Shown: positions 52,911 through 53,028 of the stretch, in pieces | Layout of the letters: the number at the start of each line of letters is the position of its first letter | How positions within the stretch are numbered: position 1 is the stretch's first letter | Origin: Candidatus Nealsonbacteria bacterium | GTDB lineage: Bacteria > Patescibacteriota > Minisyncoccia > Minisyncoccales > RBG-13-42-11 | Assembly (NCBI GenBank): GCA_026396115.1 | Contig: JAPLXL010000006.1 | Coordinates: 1 to 53,028, forward strand | DNA: 53,028 nt | Direction: 5' to 3' | The notes under the pieces: generated by a model | Seen by the model: the letters and a program-made list of their open reading frames with translations, nothing else | What the model was told of the DNA's origin: nothing | Database searches by the model: none | Program-made: the position numbers and the translations under genes

Positions 52911-53028
52911 ATGGCTGAAAAAATAAAAAAACACAAGGATTTAATTTTCATTTTTGGGATTGGATTGGTTTTAGCAATAGGGGCGATATTAGCGATGTCC
53001 GGGATGGTGCCTTCGCCCAATACTGTTT
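52911..53028 (+). CDS. hypothetical membrane protein, N-terminal part only (runs off the right edge)
   Basis: The ATG at 52911 opens MAEKIKKHKDLIFIFGIGLVLAIGAILAMSGMVPSPNTV with a TM helix. No stop before the window end. Confidence 0.4.
   Translation, partial: MAEKIKKHKDLIFIFGIGLVLAIGAILAMSGMVPSPNTV

Overview
This is a 53-kb, tightly packed, AT-rich bacterial segment; hand counts on housekeeping lines give roughly 28-35% GC. Several traits point to a Patescibacteria/CPR-type genome read with the standard code (TGA is a stop): short versions of core genes, lysine-rich tails, glycolysis and fermentation genes, divergent 16S primer sites and one giant surface protein. Gene order from left to right: a partial hypothetical gene; a UvrD-like helicase fused to an AddB/Cas4-type nuclease; an RRM protein; a GT4 glycosyltransferase; ftsZ; nnrD; trxB; eno-gpmA; Rrf2-sufC-sufBD-mnmA; a secreted S8 protease; a thiol-redox cluster (thioredoxin fused to an FTR catalytic domain, an SDR, a DUF1858-like protein, a membrane thioredoxin-fold protein, a glutaredoxin); gap; acs-pduL; a receiver/zinc-ribbon protein; ppsA-pfkB-fba; rplY; a coiled-coil lytic transglycosylase; prfA and rpmE on the minus strand; rpsB-tsf; tRNA-Thr; a higher-GC PHP-like gene; a stand-alone 16S rRNA unit; a decayed patch (ATPase fragment, tandem repeats, small MerR-type HTH gene); and a 14.7-kb gene for a 4910-aa membrane-anchored surface protein, overlapped by a DUF916-like partner gene. 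Three things deserve a second look. (1) A modular palindromic repeat family has at least 21 copies in intergenic gaps, in the rRNA leader and trailer, and in frame inside at least eight conserved protein genes (RPE-like behaviour). One copy forms the linker of a thioredoxin-FTRc fusion. (2) The giant HTH-TM-FG-GAP-beta-helix protein locus has a partner gene and a shared promoter-proximal motif. (3) The 16S 3' end lacks the CCUCC anti-Shine-Dalgarno core, which fits the absence of SD motifs upstream of genes and the leaderless-type promoters. All calls come from reading the sequence and the ORF translations; no searches were run.
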